Below, in pieces: positions 1 through 11,510 of a DNA stretch of 64,000 nt. This DNA comes from Antedon mediterranea. Lineage: Eukaryota; Animalia; Echinodermata. Each line of letters begins with the position of its first letter. The stretch's first letter is position 1. Both the position numbers and the translations under genes were made by a program. The stretch covers positions 31,670,388 through 31,734,387 of the forward strand of contig NC_092670.1 of NCBI RefSeq assembly GCF_964355755.1, read 5' to 3'. Under the pieces are notes generated by a model. The model worked only from the letters and a program-made list of their open reading frames with translations. It did no database searches and was not told where the DNA came from.

Positions 1-1567
1 TACTTTAATATACACTGTTACATACTATTTTATTGGGAAGTAATTATTTTTGTGTGAATCTTCTTGGGGTTGTTTGAAAGCCTATTCGCTTCTTTTCTTC
101 AGAAAACATCTAATTTAGGTCTTAAAGTCACAAAAATACACCTCACATCACCAACCTCAAACACACCAGATTCTACCAACACACACTTCATCTCCTGAAC
201 TAACATAGTACAGTATAAGTCAAATTAAATGTTTTAAATTTTTTTATTGAAATCAATCTTCTGCAAAAAATATTATAATAGTAACAATAACAGAAAGGTT
301 GATAGGTATTTTAATATTTTTTAAACGTAAAAAGGTAAAAAAAAACCGAAATAAATGTTTATATATACATTATAAATGAAATAAAATAACTACTATTTTA
401 GTAATGCATACACAAGTACAGAATATCAGAAATCAATTAATTATGTGTCTAAATATGGCATTATTAGGCTAATTTGCTTTGAGAAAAACATTAATGCCAT
501 TGGCCTATACAAAAAATCAATGCAATTAGACAAAATAGTTACATAAACAATTAATACTAATATTGGTAGGCATAAAATAATAGTGTATATACACTTTCCT
601 TAAATATAAACAGTATAGGGCCTTACCATTTTATTTAATACATAATATATGAACTATATTACACAAAAGAAATATAAATGAATTTATAAGGACATGATGA
701 TTATCAAAAATAGTCAATATAATTTAATATTATATTCATTTTATTATATTATATCATAGAGATTTTCAAAAACATAGTTTGGTAACATTTAGTTTCTGTT
801 TCAGACCTTTAATATTTGGAAATAACCTATAATAATTATAAAACATTCTTCTTTTCAATGCCATTATGCGGTTAAAAACAAGTACAGCAGCATGCATGTA
901 GATACAAATACACCTATATATTGTGAGAACACAATTTCAATAATTTCTTTGTTAGTTAGTTATCAACCTAGGGGTTAAATTATTAGGAAAACTTTGGTTT
1001 ATTTTTAAAATAAATTATGTGTACAGAAATTCGTTCTTCTAGCCTCAGATCATTCCTGAAGTTAGACATAAATCACCCAAATTAGTTTTAAGTAATGGAT
1101 ATTAGATGAAGTACAGTACAAATACATGTTTCAGGAGGATACTTTATGTTAAAGGTGATAATTAGTTTAAATGTTACCCCAATGAAATTTATTCAATTAC
1201 CAGGTTGAAGTAGTATGGTGGAAACACTACTATATGTACTCATGTAGAACACAGTCAGTTCTACCAAGGTTAGAGGTGGGTGCCAAAATTTGAGATAAGT
1301 GGAAACATGACTTTTTCAATAGTAAATTCATTACCAGCATTATAAATAACATTTTAAAAAGATGAGAATGCAAGTAAATATTAGATTCATAGTCTTCATT
1401 ATGCACAATGATTTTCTACTATCACATATTAAAATATAAAACAATCATAATAATAGCCTTTAATGAATTTATATGGAGGTCTATCCAAATAAATTTAAAT
1501 AAAAGGGTCGTAATATGTCTTCGTCTCCAGTTCGTGGAAAATGAAAAATAAATATTCAAAATATCCT
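1..1567. repeat. Left arm of a long, near-perfect inverted repeat (continues past the window start)
   Basis: Position 1 onward (tactttaatatacactgttacatac) is the reverse complement of the sequence ending at 5102; the match runs inward to aatattcaaaatatcct (1567), which pairs with 3539. Confidence 0.95.
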
Positions 1568-1595
1568 CCCTAAATTCGATTTCTTGGAAAAAAAT

Positions 1596-1785
1596 GGCTA
1601 TAGTTGAGAACAGTGTTAAACGGGATCGTACATTAATGTTATTTGTTGTATATTGTTAAGTTTATCCTATTCTTTATCAATGTGCTCAAGTATACCAAAA
1701 TGACTATAGTTGAGAACAGTGGTAAACTGGATCGTACATTAATGTTATTTGTTGTATATTGTTAAGTGTATTCTTTATTCTTAAT
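1596..1785 (+). repeat. Two-copy ~105-bp direct duplication
   Basis: ctatagttgagaacagtg..ggatcgtacattaatgttatttgttgtatattgttaag occurs at ~1598 and ~1704. Confidence 0.85.
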
Positions 1786-2106
1786 AATTGTACTAAATTA
1801 TTTAAAGAAACAGTAGTAAGCATAACATTTCCCCACTCCTACATTAGCATGGTAGGACATTGTAATGGTCGCAGGTGGCTCAACTTTATTACTGCAATGG
1901 GATGGACATGGTCCTACTACCACCTTACCATCCAATAGGATTCCAGTAAATTTCGTTTACTACCAATCATATTTCAGTAATTAAATGACCCCTTAAGTTA
2001 ACAAGGAAATCAGCCTATCCCATACCGGTAGGCTTCGTCGTACAGGCGTACTGCGGTAATATTTGAGAATTCTCAACAGGCCAATTTGGTATATTTTATA
2101 TACCTG

Positions 2107-2953
2107 GTCTGGGGGGGCAACACGCACAAGTCATGTGGTTTGACACCAAGAATTCTTGGTGCATAAATTATCCAGTTGACTAGTTTAATCCGCATGCCAT
2201 TGGCTACTCATTCGTACGCAGTTTTAATATTCATATTTCAGAATTCCAAAGACTCAACATCTAAGACGATGCGCATGCGCTATGTTACCCTTTAGACAAT
2301 GTGTACTTGGGTACATTGATGAAAGTTTCTGAAGACTAGAAATGATTTTATATGCCAAGTAGTCTGGTAAACATTTGATGGGATTTTTCCCATCGTCTGA
2401 TATGATAGGCTAGCTTCTCTGCCAAATCAAACATTGAATGGATCATTTATTATGCGGAGATAATTTGATTCAGTTCCCATCCAGACCCTGTCCTGTTATG
2501 TGTGGTGGTGGTGTAGCCCTGTTGTGTGCCTGTCGGTGGTGGTATGTACCTTATTGGCGTTTTATTTGGCAGGTCATACGTACGAGTTGAGTAGCCCTAC
2601 GAAGGAGGCCTAGGCAAACAATTAATAAACAAAACAACTTGGCAACACGATTTTATATTTCAACATATGTTCTGTCTCGATCGTACATTCAGCACTGTAC
2701 GTACGTACTCGATCTTTTTTCATTTTTAAACAAAATGGTCATTGGTTGATTCGAAATCCATATTTACATACCGCCCGCCCCATATAGCCAAATACGGTAT
2801 GATAACATACGTCATTCTTATCGGATGTTTGCGGTCTGCAAATCGATTTATATACGTGTTTCACAAGTCTGTATTTTCAGACAAAAATCGCGGTCGAAAT
2901 AAAAACAAATAAATTAAAAAAAAGACAATAAATACAGACTTGGGGCAAGTCTA
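2107..2953 (-). mobile_element. ~850-bp dispersed non-coding repeat, copy 1
   Basis: Reverse-complement homologue at 56148-56994 (e.g. ttggggcaagtcta / tagacttgcccca; gtggtttgacaccaagaattcttggtgcat). Confidence 0.85.
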
Positions 2954-3538
2954 TTGATGAACGTGCGAGTGAGCCAACATTTTGGGTACGAGTAAACCAA
3001 AATTTGGGTACGAGTTGGAATTGGTACGGGTTGACCTGTATTCTTCTAGGTAATCTTACTAGGCCTCGAGTAGGTCTACTCTAAATTCCGGCTACAATAA
3101 TGGTCTATTCTGTTTATAGCTTTATTGATAGCTGGGTTCAAATCTGGGTTGGGTTGTTTTATTCATAACTGTTGAATTGCATCCCAATACATGGTACCTA
3201 TTGGTATTATATCTGTAAATATAAAGTCCTCTCTTATAAATAGATGTATCTCTCCAAACTACTCCAACTACCTAATCTAATAATAGTACTATTAGCATAC
3301 TACTGTACACTTTGTAGACAAGAAATAATTAGTTGTATCCACCTAAAGGACTTATGGTAGTACTGTACAGTCGATCGTCCTCTCACTGGCCCGGTCAACA
3401 TAATCTACGCCTAGATTATTACAGTAATTAAAAAGTACATTATTACAGAGATTTTTTTTTTGCAGAAATCAAAGTTATGTGTATAGAAAGCAGTATTCGT
3501 ATTAAAAACTAAGCAGGTTGTACTGAACGCAAACTGGC

Positions 3539-5102
3539 AGGATATTTTGAATATTTTTTTTTTCATTTTCCACGAACTGGAGACGAAGACATATTACGAC
3601 CCTTTTATTTAAATTTATTTGGATAGACCTCCATATAAATTCATTAAAGGCTATATGATTGTTTTATATTTTAATATGTGATAGTAGAAAATCATTGTGC
3701 ATAATGAAGACTATGAATCTAATATTTACTTGCATTCTCATCTTTTTAAAATGTTATTTATAATGCTGGTAATGAATTTACTATTGAAAAAGTCATGTTT
3801 CCACTTATCTCAAATTTTGGCACCCACCTCTAACCTTGGTAGAACTGACTGTGTTCTACATGAGTACATATAGTAGTGTTTCCACCATACTACTTCAACC
3901 TGGTAATTGAATAAATTTCATTGGGGTAACATTTAAACTAATTATCACCTTTAACATAAAGTATCCTCCTGAAACATGTATTTGTACTGTACTTCATCTA
4001 ATATCCATTACTTAAAACTAATTTGGGTGATTTATGTCTAACTTCAGGAATGATCTGAGGCTAGAAGAACGAATTTCTGTACACATAATTTATTTTAAAA
4101 ATAAACCAAAGTTTTCCTAATAATTTAACCCCTAGGTTGATAACTAACTAACAAAGAAATTATTGAAATTGTGTTCTCACAATATATAGGTGTATTTGTA
4201 TCTACATGCATGCTGCTGTACTTGTTTTTAACCGCATAATGGCATTGAAAAGAAGAATGTTTTATAATTATTATAGGTTATTTCCAAATATTAAAGGTCT
4301 GAAACAGAAACTAAATGTTACCAAACTATGTTTTTGAAAATCTCTATGATATAATATAATAAAATGAATATAATATTAAATTATATTGACTATTTTTGAT
4401 AATCATCATGTCCTTATAAATTCATTTATATTTCTTTTGTGTAATATAGTTCATATATTATGTATTAAATAAAATGGTAAGGCCCTATACTGTTTATATT
4501 TAAGGAAAGTGTATATACACTATTATTTTATGCCTACCAATATTAGTATTAATTGTTTATGTAACTATTTTGTCTAATTGCATTGATTTTTTGTATAGGC
4601 CAATGGCATTAATGTTTTTCTCAAAGCAAATTAGCCTAATAATGCCATATTTAGACACATAATTAATTGATTTCTGATATTCTGTACTTGTGTATGCATT
4701 ACTAAAATAGTAGTTATTTTATTTCATTTATAATGTATATATAAACATTTATTTCGGTTTTTTTTTACCTTTTTACGTTTAAAAAATATTAAAATACCTA
4801 TCAACCTTTCTGTTATTGTTACTATTATAATATTTTTTGCAGAAGATTGATTTCAATAAAAAAATTTAAAACATTTAATTTGACTTATACTGTACTATGT
4901 TAGTTCAGGAGATGAAGTGTGTGTTGGTAGAATCTGGTGTGTTTGAGGTTGGTGATGTGAGGTGTATTTTTGTGACTTTAAGACCTAAATTAGATGTTTT
5001 CTGAAGAAAAGAAGCGAATAGGCTTTCAAACAACCCCAAGAAGATTCACACAAAAATAATTACTTCCCAATAAAACAGTATGTAACAGTGTATATTAAAG
5101 TA
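3539..5102. repeat. Right arm of the long inverted repeat (foldback-like; true end probably near 5180)
   Basis: Reverse complement of 1-1567 with only a few substitutions or indels. Confidence 0.95.
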
Positions 5103-5759
5103 CATTGAATGAACTCGAGCGGAAAAATAACACACATAAAAAAACATTCATTTCCTTGTCGAAAAGCGCCCTCTCTAGTTTTTTATTAATTTATTAATAA
5201 TTATTATTAATTAATGAGTAATATAAACATATTTTTAACATTTCATGCTGGAAGCTGATTCTACTCCAAACAAAGTTTCATACCTCCAAATTTCATCAAC
5301 GTATTCAAAGCACTTCAATAAATATCACATTGAACATTAAAAATTAGGGTTATGGATAGAATTCTGCTTAAAACATATACAAAAAACATCGATAACAAAT
5401 ATTTTTCGTATTCAAAAACATTTGATACTTGGTATAAATGTTCAATATAGGTTGCTCCATCTTCTAAATGTCGCTTTGGATCCAGTTTGTAAACGTTTTC
5501 ACTCCACCAATTCTTCTTCTTCAACAAACTCAAATAAAAAAGAGTGAAAAATTTCTAAAATAATGTTAAGAACGTATTCTTGCTAAATTCGATTTCTTGG
5601 TACCTACCCTGCCTTTTCCGGGGCTAGGTTATTTTATCAGTACACAACACTCGAACTAAATTATTGCATGCAATACAGTGCTAATCCATTATGTAATGGG
5701 CATGCGGCTAATACACACCTCACCCCTAAAGAGATTAACAATGACCTCCAATGATAAGA

Positions 5760-5845
5760 TATATAAGTAATTCATTACTGATTAATTTCATTAGAAACAT
5801 TTAGCTTAAACTCATCAGCAACATTTTCTTGAAGAAACAGTGAGT
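5760..5845 (+). promoter_or_regulatory. Probable core promoter and non-coding exon 1 of the C-type lectin gene
   Basis: TATATAAG at 5760, Inr-like TCATT with A at 5790 (30 nt downstream), donor GTGAGT at 5840; all three conserved in the paralogous block at 19751-19839. The lectin ATG exon starts at an acceptor (13803-13804), so an upstream exon is required. Confidence 0.6.
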
Positions 5846-6514
5846 ATTCTATAATTGCAATCATTTTTTATTGTTTTTAATTTTACCGATTATTTTAAAC
5901 ATGTATTTTACTTTTACCGTACTGTTTTGTACTGACGTAACATAATCATGGACCTATACATTCGAAAGTTCATGGTTCAATTCTTGTATGATTTTCTACA
6001 GTTTTTTCACTTATTACCTTTAAATTGTAGTTCACAATTGACCCAAACGGGTTTCGTATACAGAACTACTAGTAAGTTATAATTTAATCTAATATCTTCA
6101 TCGTATTTTTTTAATCCATTGCTATGTCTTAAATGCTCGTCAATGCTTGTCAATAATACATATTATATATAATTTGTTAAAGTTGATTATGTCATAGATT
6201 TTAATCAAGCCTGAATCCTTTTTTTTTAAATAAAAACACTGAAAAAATTTAATTGGTTTTTAACCCAATTTAAAGATGTATTGTCCCTTTGACTAATTCC
6301 AAATTAGTTTAATTTATTTGAAAAAAAGGGGGTCATTTTGAAGTATCATAATAGTTATTAACTTTCACCAAAAATTAGTCGGGAAAAAAATATTTTAACC
6401 GAAATACAGATGTTTTTTTGTTCCAAAAATAACTTTGACTTCCAGTCAAAGTTTTCAATCAAAACATATCTCATAATGCAACGCGCTTGTTTGGCTACTC
6501 TGTATGCATAATCA

Positions 6515-9500
6515 TTAAATTTAAAAAGTTTACCTTAATAACTGGTTTTGAACTGAATCGGTTGATGTCTTATCGTTGTATGATGTATGATTAGGTTTGG
6601 TTTAAAATTATGTTCGATAAAGTGCGTATGCGTATAGAATGAAATGCTCGCGTTACGATGTACGCGTGTAATGTTGTTTATATCGTATAACAGATAAAGG
6701 ATGAAAATATAGAAGGTATAAATGGTAGAAAAATAAAAAGTAGTTTAGGATGTAGAAATAGGAAAAGTTTGTTAGTGCAAAAGTGTAGATTTTGAATGCG
6801 AGAAATGACTTGATGGTACAGTCCAACTAGAGTCATATGTCGGCACCTAGGCCTATATAACGTTGTGAGGTAATTTCCCGATTGATCGTAATCAAAACGG
6901 TACTGGGTATGGTCTACTAGTTTTTCTGCTCCCAACCAGTACATCCATTCATAGAAGCTTTGATGAGGTAAGCCTACCTGGTGGTGGCCATAGAACGGTC
7001 CCGAGATAACGACTATACTTCGGCTTTAGTCGATAGAAGATTGAATGAATTGTTAGAGATAGAGTATACGATGTTATGATTATGTGTAGATATGTGATTT
7101 GTTCTTTTTATTCAAATGATGTTATGTATTTAATAAATTTGTTATATCAATTAATTCAATTATCGTAGATTGCATATTATGCGATAAATATTATTTAATA
7201 AATGTTTGATATATTATTATTATTATATTAATAAAAAGATATTTGTTAGTTTAAATTAAAAATATAGATATAAGGAAGAAAAGCAAAGAGATTATGGAGC
7301 GGCTGTACCAGAATATACAACACTAAGTATTGTAAAGTTAATATTATATTAAAAATTTAGGCGATCTTGTCAAAGGTCAAGCGCCTTCAGCCTGCCACGT
7401 TTCGATATTCAATATTGAACTTCACCTGACGTGGTTCCACAATATCTTTATATTATGAATATGGTAGAGTGGATAGAAACAAAAATTAATTTAAATTTAA
7501 AAAGTGTACCTTAATAACTGGTTTTGAGCTGAATCGGTTGATGTCTTATCGTTGTATGATGTATGATTAGGTTTGGTTTAAAATTATGTTCGATAAAGTG
7601 CGTATGCGTATAGAATGAAATGCTCGCGTTACGATGTACGCGTGTAATGTTGTTTATATCGTATAACAGATAAAGGATGAAAATATAGAAGGTATGGTAG
7701 AAAAATAAAAAGTAGTTTAGGATGTAGAAATAGGAAAAGTTTGTTAGTGCAAAAGTGTAGATTTTGAATGCGAGAAATGACTTGATGGTACAGTCCAACT
7801 AGAGTCCTATGTCGGCACCTAGGCCTATATAACGTTGTGAGGTAATTTCCCGATTGATCGTAATCAAAACGGTACTGGGTATGGTCTACTAGTTTTTCTG
7901 CTCCCAACCAGTACATCCATTCATAGAAGCTTTGATGAAGTAAGCCTACCTGGTGGTGGCCATAGAACGGTCCCTAGATAACGACTATACTTCGGCTTTA
8001 GTCGATAGAAGATTGAATGAATTGTTAGAGATAGAGCAGTATACGATGTTATGATTATGTGTAGATATGTGATTTGTTCTTTTTATTCAAATGATGTTAT
8101 GTATTTAATAAATTTGTTATATCAATTAATTCAATTATCGTAGATTGCATATTATGCGATAAATAATTATTTAATAAATGTTTGATATATTATTATTATT
8201 ATATTAATAAAAAGATATTTGTTAGTTTAAATTAAAAATATAGATATAAGGAAGAAAAGCAAAGAGATTATGGAGCGGCTGTACCAGAATATACAACACT
8301 AAGTATTGTAAAGTTAATATTATATTAAAAATTTAGGCGATCTTGTCAAAGGTCAAGCGCCTTCAGCCTGCCACGTTTCGATATTCAATATTGAACTTGA
8401 CCTGACGTGGTTCCACAATATCTTTATATGAATATGGTAGAGTGGATAGAAACAAAAATTAATTTAAATTTAAAAAGTTTACCTTAATAACTGGTTTTGA
8501 ACTGAAGCGGTTGATGTCTTATCGTTGTATGATGTATGATTAGGTTTGGTTTAAAATTATGTTCGATAAAGTGCGTATGCGTATAGAATGAAATGCTCGC
8601 GTTACGATGTACGAGTGTAATGTTGTTTATATCGTATAACAGATAAAGGATGAAAATATAGAAGGTATATGGTAGAAAAATAAAAAGTAGTTTAGGATGT
8701 AGAAATAGGAAAAGTTTGTTAGTGCAAAAGTGTAGATTTTGAATGCGAGAAATGACTTGATGGTACAGTCCAACTAGAGTCCTATGTCGGCACCTAGGCC
8801 TATATAACGTTGTGAGGTAATTTCCTGATTGATCGTAATCAAAACGGTACTGGGTATGGTCTACTAGTTTTCTGCTCCCAACCAGTACATCCATTCATAG
8901 AAGCTTTGATGGAGTAAGCCTACCTGGTGGTGGCCATAGAATGGTCCCGAGATAACGACTATACTTCGGCTTTAGCCGATAGAAGATTGAATGAATTGTT
9001 AGAGATAGAGTATACGATGTTATGATTATGTGTAGATATGTGATTTGTTCTTTTTATTCAAATGATGTTATAATAAATGTGTTATATCAATATTAATTCA
9101 ATTGTCGTAGATTGCATATTATGCGATAAATATTATTTAATACATGTTTGATATATTATTATTATTATATTAATAAAAAGATATATGTTAGTATATAAAT
9201 TTAAAAATATAGATATAACGTCGTGAGGTAATTTCCCGATTGATCGTAATCAAAACGGTACTGGGTTTGGTCTGGTCTACTAGCGTTCCTGCTCCCAACC
9301 AGTACATCCATTCATAGAAGCCTTACCTGGTGGTGGCCATAGAACGGTCCCGAGATAACGACTATACTTCGGCTTTAGTCGATAGAAGATTGAATAAATT
9401 GTTAGAGATAGAGTATACGATGTTATGATTATGTGTAGATATGTGATTTGTTCTTTTTATTCAAATGATGTTATGTATTTAATAAATTTGTTATATCAAT

Positions 9501-9670
9501 TAATTAAATTATCGTAGATTGCTTAGGCCTATTATGCGATAAATATTATTTAATACATTTTTTTTGATATATTATTATTATTATAATATTAATAAAAAGA
9601 TATTTGTTAGTATAAATTTAAAAATATAGATATAAAGAAGAAAAGCAAAGAGATTATGGAGCGGCTGTAC
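6515..9670. repeat. Tandem array of ~975-bp non-coding units (2 full, 1 truncated, 1 partial)
   Basis: Units start near 6515, 7492 and 8464 (aaatttaaaaagt..taccttaataactggttttg) with a partial restart near 9218; the repeated short ORFs MYWLGAEKLV.. reflect unit identity. Confidence 0.95.
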
Positions 9671-9754
9671 TTAGTGTTGTATATTCTGGTACAGCTGCTC
9701 CATAATCTCTTTGCTTTTCTTCCTTATATCTATATTTTTAAATTTATACTCTAT

Positions 9755-9902
9755 CTCTGTATAGTTCACTATGTCGGTGGGTCGGTCTGTCTGTCGGTCT
9801 GTCGGTCTGTCTGTCGGTCTGTCTGTCGGTCTGTCGGTCTGTCTGTCGTTCCGGTATCACTATGCATTGTAGCACGCGACTTAATGGCTGTTGGCCTTGT
9901 TT
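9755..9902 (+). mobile_element. 5'-truncated DINE-1/HINE-like (Helentron-associated) repeat
   Basis: tatagttcactatgtcgg + (GTCT/GTCG)n + ccggtatcactatgcattgtagcacgcgacttaatggctgttggccttgtt, matching the 3' end of the copy at 22994-23799. Confidence 0.75.
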
Positions 9903-10655
9903 TTTTATTATTCAGGCATAATTCCGGTGTTAAGTTCATAACAGCATTGACCAGGCAACATTCTGACAACTTACGTAGTTTTGAAGAAATATTATTTTCA
10001 AACACAGACATTTTAGATTTTTAGTTTTGTTTATAAACTTTTGATAACCTTTGATAATGTAAAGTATGAAAAAGAAATAGTCATACTGATGCGTTGGGTA
10101 TTTACATAACGTAGTGTTCTACAGTATAACATACTTCATGATTATAAAATTTGGTACTCATAAATTTCAAGTTAGATTCTATCACTATGTCGGTCGGTCG
10201 GTAAACATTAAATTTCGGTAAACAATAACTTAAATTAATATTTTTATCGTAATTTTGACAGTGGATATTAATACTTATAGGCAAATATAAATGTTTTTAA
10301 CATTGTTTCAACAATTGTTAACATTTTCAGCAATTTCGGTCGGTTGGTCGGTCGGTAAACACTAACTCATATTCATAGTTTTTCGTTATTTTGACAGTAG
10401 ATATTAATACTTGGATGCAAAATAAAGGTTTTTACAAATTTTTCAACATTTTCAGCAATTTTTAACATCTATCAATGTAACTGTTTTTTTTTTGTTTTTT
10501 TAATTATTTTTCACATTTTTCAACATTTTTAACAATTTTATTTATTTTCACCTTCTTTAATCCAACATCACTCCAATTTTATGTTTTGAGTGTTGAATGC
10601 AATATTCTATTTTGCCTAAAACCTGAAAATTAATACATGTTGCTTTAATAACTCA

Positions 10656-11495
10656 TTGATCAACAACAGTATATTGTCACTTGCATCCAGCAATACATCA
10701 ACTGATTCTTCCATCTTTGAAACTAACCTTATTCAAGTTGCTTTATTTAACGCCAGAAGTGTGGTGAATAAGATCGAAGAATTCCATGCGCGTATCGCAA
10801 TTGATGAATTGGACATCTTGATTGTCACAGAAACGTGGCTGGACTCCTCTATTGATAGTACGGAACTGTTTCCAGACTCATTCGTTGTGTACAGAAAAGA
10901 CCGTTCAAGACACGGTGGTGGTGTTCTATTAGCTTTGAAGAACGCATTTAAATCCTCTATTGTTGACTTTCCTACTAACATTGAGGTCAAAATTATTGAA
11001 ATAACTGTAAATAACAATTTTAACGTTTTAATATGTGCTGTTTATAGGCCACCGAGTTCAAATGACGATTGGCTCAATCAATTCCACGATGTCGTTGATT
11101 TTATCCTATCTATTTTACATAAGTACTGTGGTATAATTTTAACTGGTGATTTTAATTATGATTACGGTGTTGATAGTCCCTTAGTTTATAAGAAATTTAA
11201 AGAAATTATTGCTCCACTTGATACTATACAATTTGTTGATTTTTTTACTCGTGTATCTAACACCAAAAGTAGCATTATTGATCTGGTCTTGTGCAATAAC
11301 CCTGACATTGTATGTAATTTCAGAAGTCATCCCGGTCTCAGTACAAGTGACCACCTTGGGGTTTATTTTAATATTAACGCTAGATGCAGTAAAGTTAAAC
11401 CTGTAGATAGATATTATTATCAATATAGTAAATGTGACCATGACGATCTTTTTACAACGTTGGGGGCGGTTCATTGGGGACTGTGCCTGGAATAA
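10656..11495 (+). CDS. LINE ORF2 N-terminal part: APE-type endonuclease
   Basis: Motifs NARS, VTETWL, RKDR..GGGV, VYRPP, GDFN, IIDLV, SDH. Confidence 0.9.
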   Translation: MINNSILSLASSNTSTDSSIFETNLIQVALFNARSVVNKIEEFHARIAIDELDILIVTETWLDSSIDSTELFPDSFVVYRKDRSRHGGGVLLALKNAFKSSIVDFPTNIEVKIIEITVNNNFNVLICAVYRPPSSNDDWLNQFHDVVDFILSILHKYCGIILTGDFNYDYGVDSPLVYKKFKEIIAPLDTIQFVDFFTRVSNTKSSIIDLVLCNNPDIVCNFRSHPGLSTSDHLGVYFNINARCSKVKPVDRYYYQYSKCDHDDLFTTLGAVHWGLCLE

Positions 11496-11510
11496 TCAAA
11501 CTGTGAGGAA

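Noticed and set aside
1-5180. Polinton/Maverick element
   Set aside because: Long inverted repeats, but no polB, integrase or capsid ORFs and no (AGT)n-type terminus visible
6955-7035. Plus-strand hammerhead at ttgatgag in the tandem unit
   Set aside because: No CUGA start, no downstream GAAA, and the motif varies between copies
6678-8894. Repeated 88-136 aa minus-strand ORFs as a gene family
   Set aside because: Frames differ between near-identical units through small indels; no recognisable motifs
9656-10024. ORFs with VCRS/TDRQ repeats (also 22889-23131, 23623-23909)
   Set aside because: Translations of the (GTCT/GTCG)n microsatellite in HINE-like elements
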